A stretch of DNA of 64,000 bases, taken from Sulfurovum sp. GTDB lineage: Bacteria > Campylobacterota > Campylobacteria > Campylobacterales > Sulfurovaceae. A model generated the notes under the pieces. It had not been told where the DNA came from. It saw only the letters and a list, made by a program, of their open reading frames with translations, and ran no database searches. Both the position numbers and the translations under genes were made by a program. The stretch covers positions 52,197 through 116,196 of the forward strand of contig JALTVI010000093.1 of assembly GCA_027049035.1 (NCBI GenBank), given 5' to 3'. This document shows, one piece after another, positions 1 through 9,675 of the stretch; position 1 is the first letter of the stretch, and each line of letters opens with the position of its first letter.

Positions 1-2
1 AA

Positions 3-1460
3 ATGTTGATAGATGGAGGGGGAGACTATGGAATAAATAATGTAACTTATGATTTTGGAAACCAGTTTGCAGGCCAAAGAGTAACGGTACAATTTAGTAC
101 TAATATTCTTGCTTCATCGAATACATGGGAATCGAATGATAGTATGGGTGTTTATGTTGATATAGGAGATGGAAACGGATATCAGCAGATTTATTCACAA
201 TCTGGACCAAGTAATATTGATGGTGTTACGCATACGATTTCAGCTCAGCTCGATACAACGGGTAAACTCAATATCGGGGTATTAAATAATAGTAGTTGGG
301 ACGGTGAAGACCTTTGGGTAGATGATTTTAGTGTTACATTAAGTAAATACCAGATAGATTTGACTCCTTCTCTTAATGACCAAGATAACGGTGGTGAAGT
401 GCTAAAAGATCTTATTATCAAAGATCTGCCGTCAAATGTAGTGCGTGTGGAAGACAGTGCAGGAAATGTACTGACTGCCAATGCGGATGGCACTTATACG
501 GTTACTGCTGCGCCTGCTGATGGTACGCCGCAGACAGTGTATGTCTATACCAGTGCTGCGCTGTCTCAGTCTCAGATCGATGCCGTCCATGCACGTGTCA
601 CTGCAGAGGAGACGGCAAGTGGTGATACCGCTACAGTAGAGGTGGATGCTGCAGGAACAGCGCAGATCATCGACGGCATCGTTGAAGGACTCTACTATGA
701 AACGACTTCAGGCTTGACGGGCTATACCGATGCGGATGGATACTTCGACTATGCTGACGGGGATGTCGTTACCTTCAAGATCGGTGATGTCTCCATTGGG
801 CAGATCGATACAGCTTCTATCGATGACGGCAAAGTGTTCCTGCAGGATGTTGCAGGGGTGGACAGAACCGATATGAATGACGAGTATGTCGAAAATATGG
901 CAGTACTGCTGCAGTCGCTTGACAGTGACAGCAGTGACAATATTGTCATTACCGAAGCGATGCACGAAGCGTTCTCGGATGAGAGTTTCGACCTTGCAAC
1001 GATCTCCGAGGCTGATCTTGCTTCAATCATCGAAGCAAACGGGGCACAGGCAGTTTCTGAAGAAGCAGCTATGGAACACGTTGGCAAGATGCTTGAAGCG
1101 TATGATGGTGTTGAAGAAGGAACGCTTGAGGTGCATGTGGCTGACAGCCTTGTGGGGCAGAGCGGATTTAACTTTGATTCACTCGGCGGGATGATGCATG
1201 AAACGCAAACCGGTGATATGGCTTCAAATGGACTCTCGGTGAGGATAGAAGAGCTGTTTGATATGGCCGGAGAGAAAAATCCGTTTGCCGCCATCCTGGA
1301 TGGCGAGGCCGGTGAAGCAGCTCCTGCCACCGGTGTAGAGGCGTGGCTTGCTGCAGGCACGACACACTTCAGCAGCCATGCAATGAGTGTACTGCAGAAC
1401 AATGAAGATGGGTCGATGACATTCTACACTGAACATACCGTTCAGACAACGGTCATCTGA
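3..1460 (+). CDS. C-terminal part of a large acidic secreted or adhesin-like protein (5' end lies outside the window). Probable substrate of the adjacent type I secretion system.
   Basis: The frame is open from the window edge. The protein is D/E/T/G/A-rich with no TM segment. It sits directly upstream of TolC/HlyB/HlyD-like genes. I see no clear RTX nonapeptide array in this portion. Confidence 0.5.
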   Translation: MLIDGGGDYGINNVTYDFGNQFAGQRVTVQFSTNILASSNTWESNDSMGVYVDIGDGNGYQQIYSQSGPSNIDGVTHTISAQLDTTGKLNIGVLNNSSWDGEDLWVDDFSVTLSKYQIDLTPSLNDQDNGGEVLKDLIIKDLPSNVVRVEDSAGNVLTANADGTYTVTAAPADGTPQTVYVYTSAALSQSQIDAVHARVTAEETASGDTATVEVDAAGTAQIIDGIVEGLYYETTSGLTGYTDADGYFDYADGDVVTFKIGDVSIGQIDTASIDDGKVFLQDVAGVDRTDMNDEYVENMAVLLQSLDSDSSDNIVITEAMHEAFSDESFDLATISEADLASIIEANGAQAVSEEAAMEHVGKMLEAYDGVEEGTLEVHVADSLVGQSGFNFDSLGGMMHETQTGDMASNGLSVRIEELFDMAGEKNPFAAILDGEAGEAAPATGVEAWLAAGTTHFSSHAMSVLQNNEDGSMTFYTEHTVQTTVI

Positions 1461-1551
1461 TGCTGAAAAGCGGCGTATGCCGCTGCATGCAGTCAATGAA
1501 ATATAGTATACATTACGCTATAATGCCTGCAGTTTTTTACAAAGGGGTGCT

Positions 1552-2832
1552 TTGAAACGGTACGTATGGCTTGTCGGGCTCATAACTGCTGCTCTGTTTG
1601 CGGCAGAAAACCCCATTGACATCTACATCCCCGCCGGCGATACGAAACAGTGCAGCACGCGTATCGATGCACTGCTGCAGAAAGCGTACGTGCACTACCC
1701 CAGTATCAGCGCGTCCGAGCGTCTCATTCTCAGTGCCAAGGCGCAGATAGAGTCAGCCAAGTGGAACTACTTTCCTACCCCCTCCATCGATTTTTCACAG
1801 GGACAGAGTGGACACAGGGGTGAAACCTATCGCATTGACCAGCCCTTGTGGACAGGGGGGAAGCTCGATGCGCTCAGTGACCTTGCCTATGCCAGGGGCG
1901 ATGAGGCCAAATATACGCTGGGTGAGAGTGCCTATGCGCTCTCCGAAAAGGTACTTAGTGTCATAGGAGCGCTCATTCAGGCGGATGGTGAGATCAAAGC
2001 GTTCGAGCAGGGCAAAAAAGACCTCGAAGAGCTCTCGAAAATGCTGCAGCGGCGTGTGACTGCCGGTGTCTCCTCCGAGTCAGACCAGGCACTCATAGAG
2101 GCGCGGATGTACCAGATAGAAGGTGACCTTATCACCGCACGCCAGCACTACGAGATGGCGCTTTCGCAGTTACAATTGCTTACGGGCAGCAGACGCGGGT
2201 GCGGCATTACCTTCAAAGGGGACAGACTGGTACACCGGAAACCGGACATGCACCGCATCGAGACAAAGATGCTGCGAAGCCACCCCACACTCAAAAAAGC
2301 CAAGTCTCAGGTAAAGATTGCCCAGGCGGAAAAGAAAAATGCCGATGCAGCCGTGATGCCCAACGTTTCGCTGCGTGCGGAGTATCAGCACGGTTCGGTC
2401 TACGAAAACACACCGGTGCAGAGCGATACGGTCGCCTATGTGGCAGTTTCTTTCAACCCCGGTGCGGGGCTTTCCTCTCTTTCGAACATCGAGAGTGCGA
2501 AATACAAAGTGCTTCAGGCACAGGATGAGCTTCGCACCAGAGAGCAGGAGCTGCGTGACCAGCTTGTACGTGACTTCTCGGACTACATGGCCGCATCGAG
2601 CCGTCTGAAGAGTATGGAGATGAACATCAAAGCCTCACGAGAAGTACTGGAGTCCTACAAACGGCTCTTTCTTGCCGGCAAGCGGCAGTGGCTTGACTTG
2701 GTCAATGCATCGCGCGAAGTGACGCAGAACTATGTCTCACTTGCGAGTTTGCGGGCTTCTCTGATTACTGCTGCGTACCGTCTGGCCCTTCAGGCGGGTG
2801 ACATCACCTTTAAAAAAGGAGCACGGCGATGA
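1552..2832 (+). CDS. TolC-family outer membrane efflux protein (T1SS outer membrane component)
   Basis: 426 aa with a TTG start. It has an N-terminal signal-like hydrophobic segment (VWLVGLITAALFA) and a two-repeat helical TolC-like layout. Its stop overlaps the next gene's start (ATGA). Confidence 0.8.
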   Translation: MKRYVWLVGLITAALFAAENPIDIYIPAGDTKQCSTRIDALLQKAYVHYPSISASERLILSAKAQIESAKWNYFPTPSIDFSQGQSGHRGETYRIDQPLWTGGKLDALSDLAYARGDEAKYTLGESAYALSEKVLSVIGALIQADGEIKAFEQGKKDLEELSKMLQRRVTAGVSSESDQALIEARMYQIEGDLITARQHYEMALSQLQLLTGSRRGCGITFKGDRLVHRKPDMHRIETKMLRSHPTLKKAKSQVKIAQAEKKNADAAVMPNVSLRAEYQHGSVYENTPVQSDTVAYVAVSFNPGAGLSSLSNIESAKYKVLQAQDELRTREQELRDQLVRDFSDYMAASSRLKSMEMNIKASREVLESYKRLFLAGKRQWLDLVNASREVTQNYVSLASLRASLITAAYRLALQAGDITFKKGARR

Positions 2833-4940
2833 TCTACAGTGATCTGCAGCAGGCAAAGGCCGATCTGCACTGGCTCGTGCGAGACTGTTCCGTACCTCCC
2901 TTTACTTCGCTTAGGCTGACGGAGTATGAGGCGGCAATGCTCGAAAAGGAGCTTGATGCGCATGATGACAGCTATATCCGTGAGTTTTACGGGATCATCT
3001 TCGAACGTGCGGGGCTGCGCCCAGTCGAGTGGCTGAGTGACATCGCACACCAGAGTCTGCCGGTGCTTGCCATGCTGCCCGAGAAGGGTATGTGCGTGGT
3101 GATGGAAAAAGAGCAGGACGGCAGCTGGAAGTGTGAAAGCCCCAACGGTATACAGCGGATCAAAGAGTTTCCAGAGGGAACACTTTTTGCCCCGATTAAA
3201 CTGCAGCGCAACCGAAAAGCCAAACGCAGTGCGATGGAGATGTTCAAAGAGATCGCGCTGCGGCAGAAGCGTACCATCACCTATGCGGCCATAGCGGCAC
3301 TGAGTATCAATATTCTGGCACTGGGAACATCGTTTTTCAGTATGCAGGTCTACGACAGAGTTATTCCCACACAGGGCATTCCGACACTCATCGCCCTTGG
3401 GATCGGCGTCTTCATTGCCATTTTGCTGGAGTTCATGCTCAAGCTTTCAAGGTCTTACATCGTTGACGGCGCCTCAGCGCATATGGATATCGAATATGCC
3501 CATGAGGTCTTTTCACGTTTCCTGAACATCCGCTCCGACGCACTGCCAAGAAGCATCGGTACACTCTCCAGCCAGCTGCAGAGCTATGCGACGGTGCGTG
3601 CGTTCATTACCAGTGCAGCACTCTATCTGTTTGTAGATTTCCCCTTTTCCCTCATTTTTCTTGCTGTGATCATTATGCTCTCGGGCTGGACCATCGGGTT
3701 GATCGTTGTCTTTTTTATGATTCTCTCCATTACTGTGGGAACACGTTTCCGTAGAAAGATAGAGCAGCTGACAAAAGATGCAACCAACGCATCGCACCAG
3801 AAGCTTGGACTGTTGGTCGAGAGTGTGGAAAATGCGGAGAGCATCAAGGCGACAGGGGCGGGGTGGAGTCTACTCAGCCGCTGGAACCACCTGAGTGAAG
3901 ATGCGGCATTCGATGACATTCAGATACGTCACTACAGTGACATGGCTACCTATATGTCGGGACTTTTTCAGCAGCTCAGCTACATTTCTGTTGTGGCGAT
4001 GGGAGCCTACCTGGTGGCAACGACAGACAAGCTGACGATGGGAGGGTTGATCGCTACGACGATCCTCTCTGGACGGGTACTTTCGCCTATTTCGATGCTG
4101 CCAAATCTGCTGGTGCAGTGGGGACGTACGAAAATCTCCATTGAAGATCTTGAAAATGTCTATGCGCTGGCACTCGACAACGAGGGGGTGGAGAGACCGC
4201 TCAACCCCACCGCGCTGCAGCCGCACTTCCGTTGCGAGCGTGTACGGTTTGCCTACGGTGAGCATACGCCGGTGGTGAACATTGAACAGCTGAGCATCAA
4301 ACATGGCGAAAAGGTGGCCATTTTGGGAACGATCGGTTCGGGGAAATCAACGCTGCTGAAAATCCTTGCCGGACTCTACCACCCTACCGAGGGGAAGGTT
4401 TACCTCGATAACATGGATATGCACCAGATCTCCCGCAACCGCCTCAACGAGCTGATCGGCTATCTGCCCCAGCATGTCAAACTGATCTCGGGAACACTGC
4501 GTGATAACCTGCTGCTGGGGCTGGTGGGTATTACCGATGAGCAGATCATGCAGGCAGCTTCTCAGACGGGACTGATACACCTTATCAATGCGCTGCCGCA
4601 GGGCCTTGATACGCCGGTACCCGAAGGGGGTGAGAGTGTTTCGGGCGGACAGAAGCAGATGATTGCACTGACACGGTTGGTGCTGACCAATGCCAAGGCG
4701 CTGTTGCTTGATGAACCTACAGCCAATATGGATGACGGTACGGAGCGGCAGATCCTCAAGACGATCAAAGAGAAGCTTGCACCCGAACACACCCTCATTG
4801 TCGTGACACACAAGCCCGCACTGCTGGCACTCGTTGACCGTATTATTGTCGTGACACCGCAAGGGGTGGTGATGGACGGTCCCAAAGAGCAGGTACTCGC
4901 CAAGCTCAATGCCAAACCGGTGAAAAAGGCGGCTTCATGA
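2829..4940 (+). CDS. Type I secretion system permease/ATPase (HlyB-like ABC transporter with an N-terminal C39-like domain)
   Basis: Walker A GTIGSGKST, ABC signature VSGGQKQ and Walker B LLLDEPT. A multi-TM block precedes the NBD. There is an extra N-terminal domain of about 130 aa. Confidence 0.9.
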   Translation: MIYSDLQQAKADLHWLVRDCSVPPFTSLRLTEYEAAMLEKELDAHDDSYIREFYGIIFERAGLRPVEWLSDIAHQSLPVLAMLPEKGMCVVMEKEQDGSWKCESPNGIQRIKEFPEGTLFAPIKLQRNRKAKRSAMEMFKEIALRQKRTITYAAIAALSINILALGTSFFSMQVYDRVIPTQGIPTLIALGIGVFIAILLEFMLKLSRSYIVDGASAHMDIEYAHEVFSRFLNIRSDALPRSIGTLSSQLQSYATVRAFITSAALYLFVDFPFSLIFLAVIIMLSGWTIGLIVVFFMILSITVGTRFRRKIEQLTKDATNASHQKLGLLVESVENAESIKATGAGWSLLSRWNHLSEDAAFDDIQIRHYSDMATYMSGLFQQLSYISVVAMGAYLVATTDKLTMGGLIATTILSGRVLSPISMLPNLLVQWGRTKISIEDLENVYALALDNEGVERPLNPTALQPHFRCERVRFAYGEHTPVVNIEQLSIKHGEKVAILGTIGSGKSTLLKILAGLYHPTEGKVYLDNMDMHQISRNRLNELIGYLPQHVKLISGTLRDNLLLGLVGITDEQIMQAASQTGLIHLINALPQGLDTPVPEGGESVSGGQKQMIALTRLVLTNAKALLLDEPTANMDDGTERQILKTIKEKLAPEHTLIVVTHKPALLALVDRIIVVTPQGVVMDGPKEQVLAKLNAKPVKKAAS

Positions 4941-6106
4941 GACGACGGCACCCCTATCAGATGAAGATCAACCCTGTATGGATGATTGTGGGTACACTGG
5001 CACTGGTAATTATCCCTTTTATCATCTGGGCTTCCTGGGCAAGGATCGATCAGATATCGCACGCCAGAGGGCAGGTGATCGCCGCGGCAAAGACGCAGCA
5101 GATCCAGTCGGCAATCGATGGCGTCATCGAAAAGATATATGTACACGAAGGTGACAAGGTAAAACGTGGCGACGATCTGGTGCTGCTTGAACGCTCTCAG
5201 GCGGAAGCGGCATACGAGGACAGCGAAGCGAAAGTGGCGGCGCTCAAGGCAACGCTTGTCCGTCTCGAGGCGGAGGTGTATGGCAAGCCGTTGAAGTTCG
5301 ATGAGAAACTCAAAAAAGAGTACCCGGAATTTGTCGAGAACCAAAAGGCGCTCTTTCAACGGCGGCAGCAGGCGCTGCACGATGACATCAAGGCGCTGGA
5401 AGAGTCGCTTGCATTGGCCAAAGAGGAGCTGAATCTGAACCTGCCCCTGCTTAAAAGCGGCGACATAGGAGCGACGGAGATTATCCGTCTCAAGCGGCAG
5501 ATTGCGGATCTCAAAGGAAAGATCACCAATACACGCAACAAGTACTTTCAGGAGTCGCAGGCAGATATGACCAAGGCTGAAGAGGAGCTCTCTACCAGAG
5601 AACAGGAGCTTGCAGACAAGAAGATCACGCTGGAGCGTACGCACATTACGTCGCCGATGAATGCCATTGTCAAAAATATCATCATCACCACACGCGGTGC
5701 CAGGGTACGCCCGGGAGATGTGATTATGGAGCTGGTACCTTTTGGCGACGAGCTGATCATCGAAGCGAAGATGAGCCCGGCGGACATCTCCTTTGTCAAG
5801 CCCGGCCAGCTTGCAGCCGTCAAACTCGATGCCTACGACTACAGCATCTACGGGATGTTCCACGGGAAAGTGAAGTACATCAGCCCCGATGCACTCAAAG
5901 AGCGTACCGCCGAAGGGGAGAAGTACTACTTCCGTGTGCTCATTTCGATGCCTGAGCCGGTACTGACGGCAAAGAACGGCAAGAAGATCGAACTCACTCC
6001 TGGGATGACGGCACAGATCAATATTATTACCGGCAACCGAAGCGTACTGACCTATCTGACGAAGCCGATTATCAAAACCTTCTCAGAGGCGATGCACGAG
6101 CGCTGA
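4937..6106 (+). CDS. HlyD-family type I secretion periplasmic adaptor
   Basis: Single N-terminal TM, a long coiled-coil middle region and a C-terminal beta domain. It overlaps the ABC gene by 4 nt. Confidence 0.9.
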   Translation: MRRRHPYQMKINPVWMIVGTLALVIIPFIIWASWARIDQISHARGQVIAAAKTQQIQSAIDGVIEKIYVHEGDKVKRGDDLVLLERSQAEAAYEDSEAKVAALKATLVRLEAEVYGKPLKFDEKLKKEYPEFVENQKALFQRRQQALHDDIKALEESLALAKEELNLNLPLLKSGDIGATEIIRLKRQIADLKGKITNTRNKYFQESQADMTKAEEELSTREQELADKKITLERTHITSPMNAIVKNIIITTRGARVRPGDVIMELVPFGDELIIEAKMSPADISFVKPGQLAAVKLDAYDYSIYGMFHGKVKYISPDALKERTAEGEKYYFRVLISMPEPVLTAKNGKKIELTPGMTAQINIITGNRSVLTYLTKPIIKTFSEAMHER

Positions 6107-6187
6107 TACCTCCGCTTTTTTACATTTAACTTTAGTTTACCTCACTCAAGTATACTCCAGGTAATTAATACTATTCAGGAGTTTCAC

Positions 6188-7135
6188 TTGAGTCAAATCA
6201 TTCAAAACATCAAACAGGAAATGGCGAAGGTCGTTGTCGGTCAGGAGAAGATGGTAGAGGGGCTGCTTGCCGGTCTGCTCTGCCGAGGGCACATTCTGCT
6301 TGAAGGTGTTCCCGGACTTGCAAAGACCACGACAGTCAACGCGCTGGCAAAGAGCCTTGGGCTTGACTTTAAACGTGTGCAGTTCACCCCGGATCTGCTT
6401 CCCTCGGATATCATCGGTACGGAGATTTACGATCCCTCCAACAACAGTTTCAAGATCAAACAGGGGCCGGTCTTTACCAACCTGCTGCTTGCAGATGAAA
6501 TCAACCGTGCACCGGCGAAAGTACAGTCGGCCCTTTTGGAAGTGATGCAGGAGCGTCAGGTGACCATCGGGGATGAGACCTTCAAGATCGACCTGCCGTT
6601 CTTGGTCATGGCGACACAGAACCCCGTTGAGCAGGAGGGGGCGTATGAGCTTCCTGAAGCACAGCTTGACCGTTTTATGATGAAAGTAGTCGTCGGCTAC
6701 AACACCAAGGAAGAAGAGCTTGAGATCGCGCGCCGCGTGGCGAACAACGCCTTTGGCGAAATAGAGCAGGTAGCGACCAAAGAGGATATCGAACGCATCC
6801 GAAAAGAGGCGATGGATGTCCATATGGATGAAGAGGTGGAGCGCTATATCATTGAACTGGTTGCAGCCACCCGTGACCCAAAAGCCTACGGCCTTGAAGA
6901 GCTTGCACCGTTCATCGAATTCGGTGCCAGCCCGCGTGCGAGTATCGATATGTACAAGGCAAGCCGTGCAGTTGCCTACCTCAAGGGGCAGGACTATGTC
7001 TCACCCATCGAGATCGCCTATATCGCCAAAGAGGTACTCAGACACCGTATCATTCTCAGCTACGAAGCGCTTGCCGAAGAGATCACGCAGGATCAGATCA
7101 TTGAGAAGATACTGGCAGCGGTACCGATTCCGTGA
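6188..7135 (+). CDS. MoxR-family AAA+ ATPase
   Basis: TTG start. Walker A-like GVPGLAKT and Walker B LLADEINR. It is the first gene of a MoxR/DUF58/VWA (Bat) operon. Confidence 0.9.
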   Translation: MSQIIQNIKQEMAKVVVGQEKMVEGLLAGLLCRGHILLEGVPGLAKTTTVNALAKSLGLDFKRVQFTPDLLPSDIIGTEIYDPSNNSFKIKQGPVFTNLLLADEINRAPAKVQSALLEVMQERQVTIGDETFKIDLPFLVMATQNPVEQEGAYELPEAQLDRFMMKVVVGYNTKEEELEIARRVANNAFGEIEQVATKEDIERIRKEAMDVHMDEEVERYIIELVAATRDPKAYGLEELAPFIEFGASPRASIDMYKASRAVAYLKGQDYVSPIEIAYIAKEVLRHRIILSYEALAEEITQDQIIEKILAAVPIP

Positions 7136-7151
7136 TCTTCAGGGAAGATCA

Positions 7152-7273
7152 AATGAGGAATGAAAAATTAGGAATGAGGAATAAAGGTATGCTTTTTTGC
7201 AAAAAGCTTTTATTGAATAGAAGCGTTGCACAGCAACGCAAACCTACACTATTCACTATTCACTATTCACCAT
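7152..7273 (+). repeat. Intercistronic heptamer-array element, copy A (moxR / DUF58 spacer)
   Basis: From left to right it contains:
- a left array of (GGAATGA)-type 7-mers
- hairpin GCTTTTT-TGC-AAAAAGC followed by TTTTATTG
- hairpin GCGTTGC-ACA-GCAACGC
- a right array of (CTATTCA) x3. Confidence 0.8.
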
Positions 7274-7301
7274 TAACTAACCTCCAAACGGAGGTGTCCT
7301 G

Positions 7302-8132
7302 ATGAATAAAGTAGCCAAAAAGATTGTCCTTAAGACCAGAAAACAAGTCTATGGGGATATGCTGGGCAACAACGCTTCGCTCTTCCAGGGTGAGGGGTTC
7401 GAGTTTGCCGAGCTGCGTGAGTATGTTTACGGAGACGATGTCCGAAAGATCGACTGGAAGACCACGGCGAAGCTTGGCAAGCCCTTTGTCAAAGTTTACA
7501 AGGAAGAGCGTGAGCTTAATGTCGTTGTGGTGACGATGCTGAGCGGTTCGATGTATTTTGGTACCGTCAAGCAGAAGAGTGACATCGCTGCCGAGGTGGT
7601 GGGTACCATCGGGTTTTCGGCAGTCAAGAATGCTGATCTCTTTTCGCATATGCTCTTTGCAGACAGAATGTATGATTTGAGCAAACCCAACAAAAAGCTC
7701 TTCTCCGTGCACAAAGCCGTTGAAGAGGTGACCGAGTTCGACCCTCTGGGGAAGCCTGCCGATTTCAAGGCGCTGGTCGAGACGCTCAATACACGGCTGA
7801 AGAAGAAGGCACTGCTCTTTATCATCTCCGATTTTGTCGGCGAGATAGACCTCAAGCTGCTTAGCAAAAAACACGATGTCTTTGCCGTGATGATCCGTGA
7901 CAAATTCGAAGAGGACCCCAGCGAGCTTGGCTACCTGCGTCTGATTGATATGGAGACCAAACAGAGTTTCGAGGGCAATATCGACAGCGGTACACTGAAA
8001 AGCTATAAAAAGGCACTGCTGAAAAACGATGAGACGCTATACAGACAGTTCAAGAAGCAGGGGATCCGTTTTGTGAAGATTTATACGCATGAAGATGCGG
8101 CGGTGAAGCTGATGAAAGGAATGAGGGGTTAG
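7302..8132 (+). CDS. DUF58 domain protein (MoxR-associated)
   Basis: Carries the motif LREYVYGDDVRKIDWK, typical of DUF58 proteins that follow MoxR. Confidence 0.85.
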   Translation: MNKVAKKIVLKTRKQVYGDMLGNNASLFQGEGFEFAELREYVYGDDVRKIDWKTTAKLGKPFVKVYKEERELNVVVVTMLSGSMYFGTVKQKSDIAAEVVGTIGFSAVKNADLFSHMLFADRMYDLSKPNKKLFSVHKAVEEVTEFDPLGKPADFKALVETLNTRLKKKALLFIISDFVGEIDLKLLSKKHDVFAVMIRDKFEEDPSELGYLRLIDMETKQSFEGNIDSGTLKSYKKALLKNDETLYRQFKKQGIRFVKIYTHEDAAVKLMKGMRG

Positions 8133-8203
8133 TGAAGAGTGAAGAGAGAAGAGTGAATAGTGTCGGTATGCTTTGCGGTGCAAAGCTTTTATTGAAAGAA
8201 GAG
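8116..8203 (+). repeat. Intercistronic heptamer-array element, copy C
   Basis: The sequence GGAATGAGG overlaps the last codons of the DUF58 gene. After the TAG stop comes a (GTGAAGA)n array, then hairpin GCTTTGC-GGT-GCAAAGC plus TTTTATTG. The element ends with GAAGAGG immediately before the downstream ATG. Confidence 0.75.
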
Positions 8204-8213
8204 GAGTATTTGT

Positions 8214-8621
8214 ATGAATGAGCAGAATTTGACGGCGCAGTTGAAAGATATCAAGCCGCTGGTTGAGATTCCCGACAGCAGTTTTTATATCTACTGGGGG
8301 TTGATAGGCTTTGCAGTGCTGCTGGGGCTGGGCATCCTCTTTTTTGTCGCCAAGAGGCTCTGGGAGAACCGCAAGAAGAATCTTGCCAAAGAGTATCTTG
8401 CCGCACTCAAGTCCATAGACTGGAGCAACAGCAAGAAGGCTGCCTACGAGGCGACACACTATGCAAGGCTTCTGGCGACAGACGAGAGACGCAAAGAGCT
8501 CTTCAGCCAGCTTGAGCCGATGTTGGAGAAGTACAAATACAAAAAAGTGGTCGACAAAGTCGATGACGATACATTAAGACAATACAAACTTTTTGTGCAG
8601 GTGGCAGATGAGTCAATTTAG
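8214..8621 (+). CDS. Small single-TM membrane protein of the Bat operon (DUF4381-like position)
   Basis: One hydrophobic helix (FYIYWGLIGFAVLLGLGILFFV). It occupies the conserved slot between the DUF58 and BatA genes. Confidence 0.5.
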   Translation: MNEQNLTAQLKDIKPLVEIPDSSFYIYWGLIGFAVLLGLGILFFVAKRLWENRKKNLAKEYLAALKSIDWSNSKKAAYEATHYARLLATDERRKELFSQLEPMLEKYKYKKVVDKVDDDTLRQYKLFVQVADESI

Positions 8622-9525
8622 TTTTGAATACCCGTTAGCGTTTCTGGTCATACTTCTCTTTATGACCTGTGCGAAGTGGTGTAAAGAGAGAAGCCGTGCA
8701 ATTTTCTTCCCCCATGTTGCGACACTGATCGCGTCGGAGGGGCGAAAGAGCACATGGCTGAATATCCTCAAGTGGGTTGGCATCGTCGCGGCGGTGACGG
8801 CACTGGCATCGCCGGTGATCACCAAGAGTTACTCCAACTCCAAAAAGGAGGGGCGTGACATCGTTCTGGTCATCGACAGTTCCGATTCGATGCGCCAGCA
8901 GGGGTTCGACCCCAACGACATCTTTAAGAACAAGTTCGATGTCGTCAAAGAGGTGGTCGAAGACTTCATTAAAAAGCGAAAGGATGACCGCATAGGGCTG
9001 GTCACCTTTGCTGATGTAGCATTCATCGCCTCACCGCTGACGTTCGAGAAGGATTTTCTGACCAATATTACACGCATGCAGAAGCTGGGTATCGCAGGAA
9101 AGCGTACAGCGATCAATGACGCGCTGGTACAGGCATACAACCTGCTTGACAAGAGCAAGGCCAAAAGCAAGATTGTCATTCTGCTCACCGACGGTATCGA
9201 CAATATGAGCAAGGTGCCTTTCCAGGATGTCAAGAGTATGATCGAAAAGCGCAAGGTCAAACTTTATGCTATCGGTATCGGCGGATCGAGAGATTACGAT
9301 GCAGCCTACCTGACGGCACTGGCCAAAGCCGGGCATGGCGAAGCGTTCGGTGCGCGTGACGCGACAGCGCTCGAGCGTGTCTATGACGAGATCGACAAGA
9401 TGGAGGCAAGCAAGCTGAACAACAAAAAGGTGGTCGAACACACCTACCTCTTTATCTACCCGCTCTTTTTGGCGGTACTTAGTCTGCTGCTGTTCATCTA
9501 TTTTAGAAACCAGAGAGGAATATAG
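8608..9525 (+). CDS. batA: VWA-domain membrane protein, BatA-like
   Basis: N- and C-terminal TM helices flank a VWA domain with the MIDAS motif DSSDSM. The ATG at 8608 is preferred over the upstream TTG at 8593. Confidence 0.8.
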   Translation: MSQFSFEYPLAFLVILLFMTCAKWCKERSRAIFFPHVATLIASEGRKSTWLNILKWVGIVAAVTALASPVITKSYSNSKKEGRDIVLVIDSSDSMRQQGFDPNDIFKNKFDVVKEVVEDFIKKRKDDRIGLVTFADVAFIASPLTFEKDFLTNITRMQKLGIAGKRTAINDALVQAYNLLDKSKAKSKIVILLTDGIDNMSKVPFQDVKSMIEKRKVKLYAIGIGGSRDYDAAYLTALAKAGHGEAFGARDATALERVYDEIDKMEASKLNNKKVVEHTYLFIYPLFLAVLSLLLFIYFRNQRGI

Positions 9526-9652
9526 AATGAGGAATGAGGAATTAGGAATGAGGAGTGGAGGTATGCTTTTTTGCAAAAAGCTTTTATTGAATAGAAGCGT
9601 TGCGCAGCAACGCAAACCACAACTATTCACTATTCACTATTCACTATTCACT
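9525..9652 (+). repeat. Intercistronic heptamer-array element, copy B (near-identical core to copy A)
   Basis: It starts at the batA stop codon. A (GGAATGA)n array is followed by the same two hairpins as copy A, with 1-3 nt differences. The right array is (CTATTCA) x4. Confidence 0.85.
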
Positions 9653-9675
9653 CCCGACAGAAGGGAGGTACACTG

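Noticed and set aside
4562-5863. 433-aa minus-strand ORF across the hlyB/hlyD junction
   Set aside because: It lies antisense to two strongly recognisable genes and has Arg/Leu-rich shadow-frame composition with no motifs.
7191-7215. Hairpin plus TTTTATTG in the heptamer elements, called as simple rho-independent terminators
   Set aside because: Several copies sit inside operons, between translationally linked genes. The hisA/hisH copy is on the wrong strand for its flanking genes. I therefore report them as part of a repeat family rather than as confident terminators.
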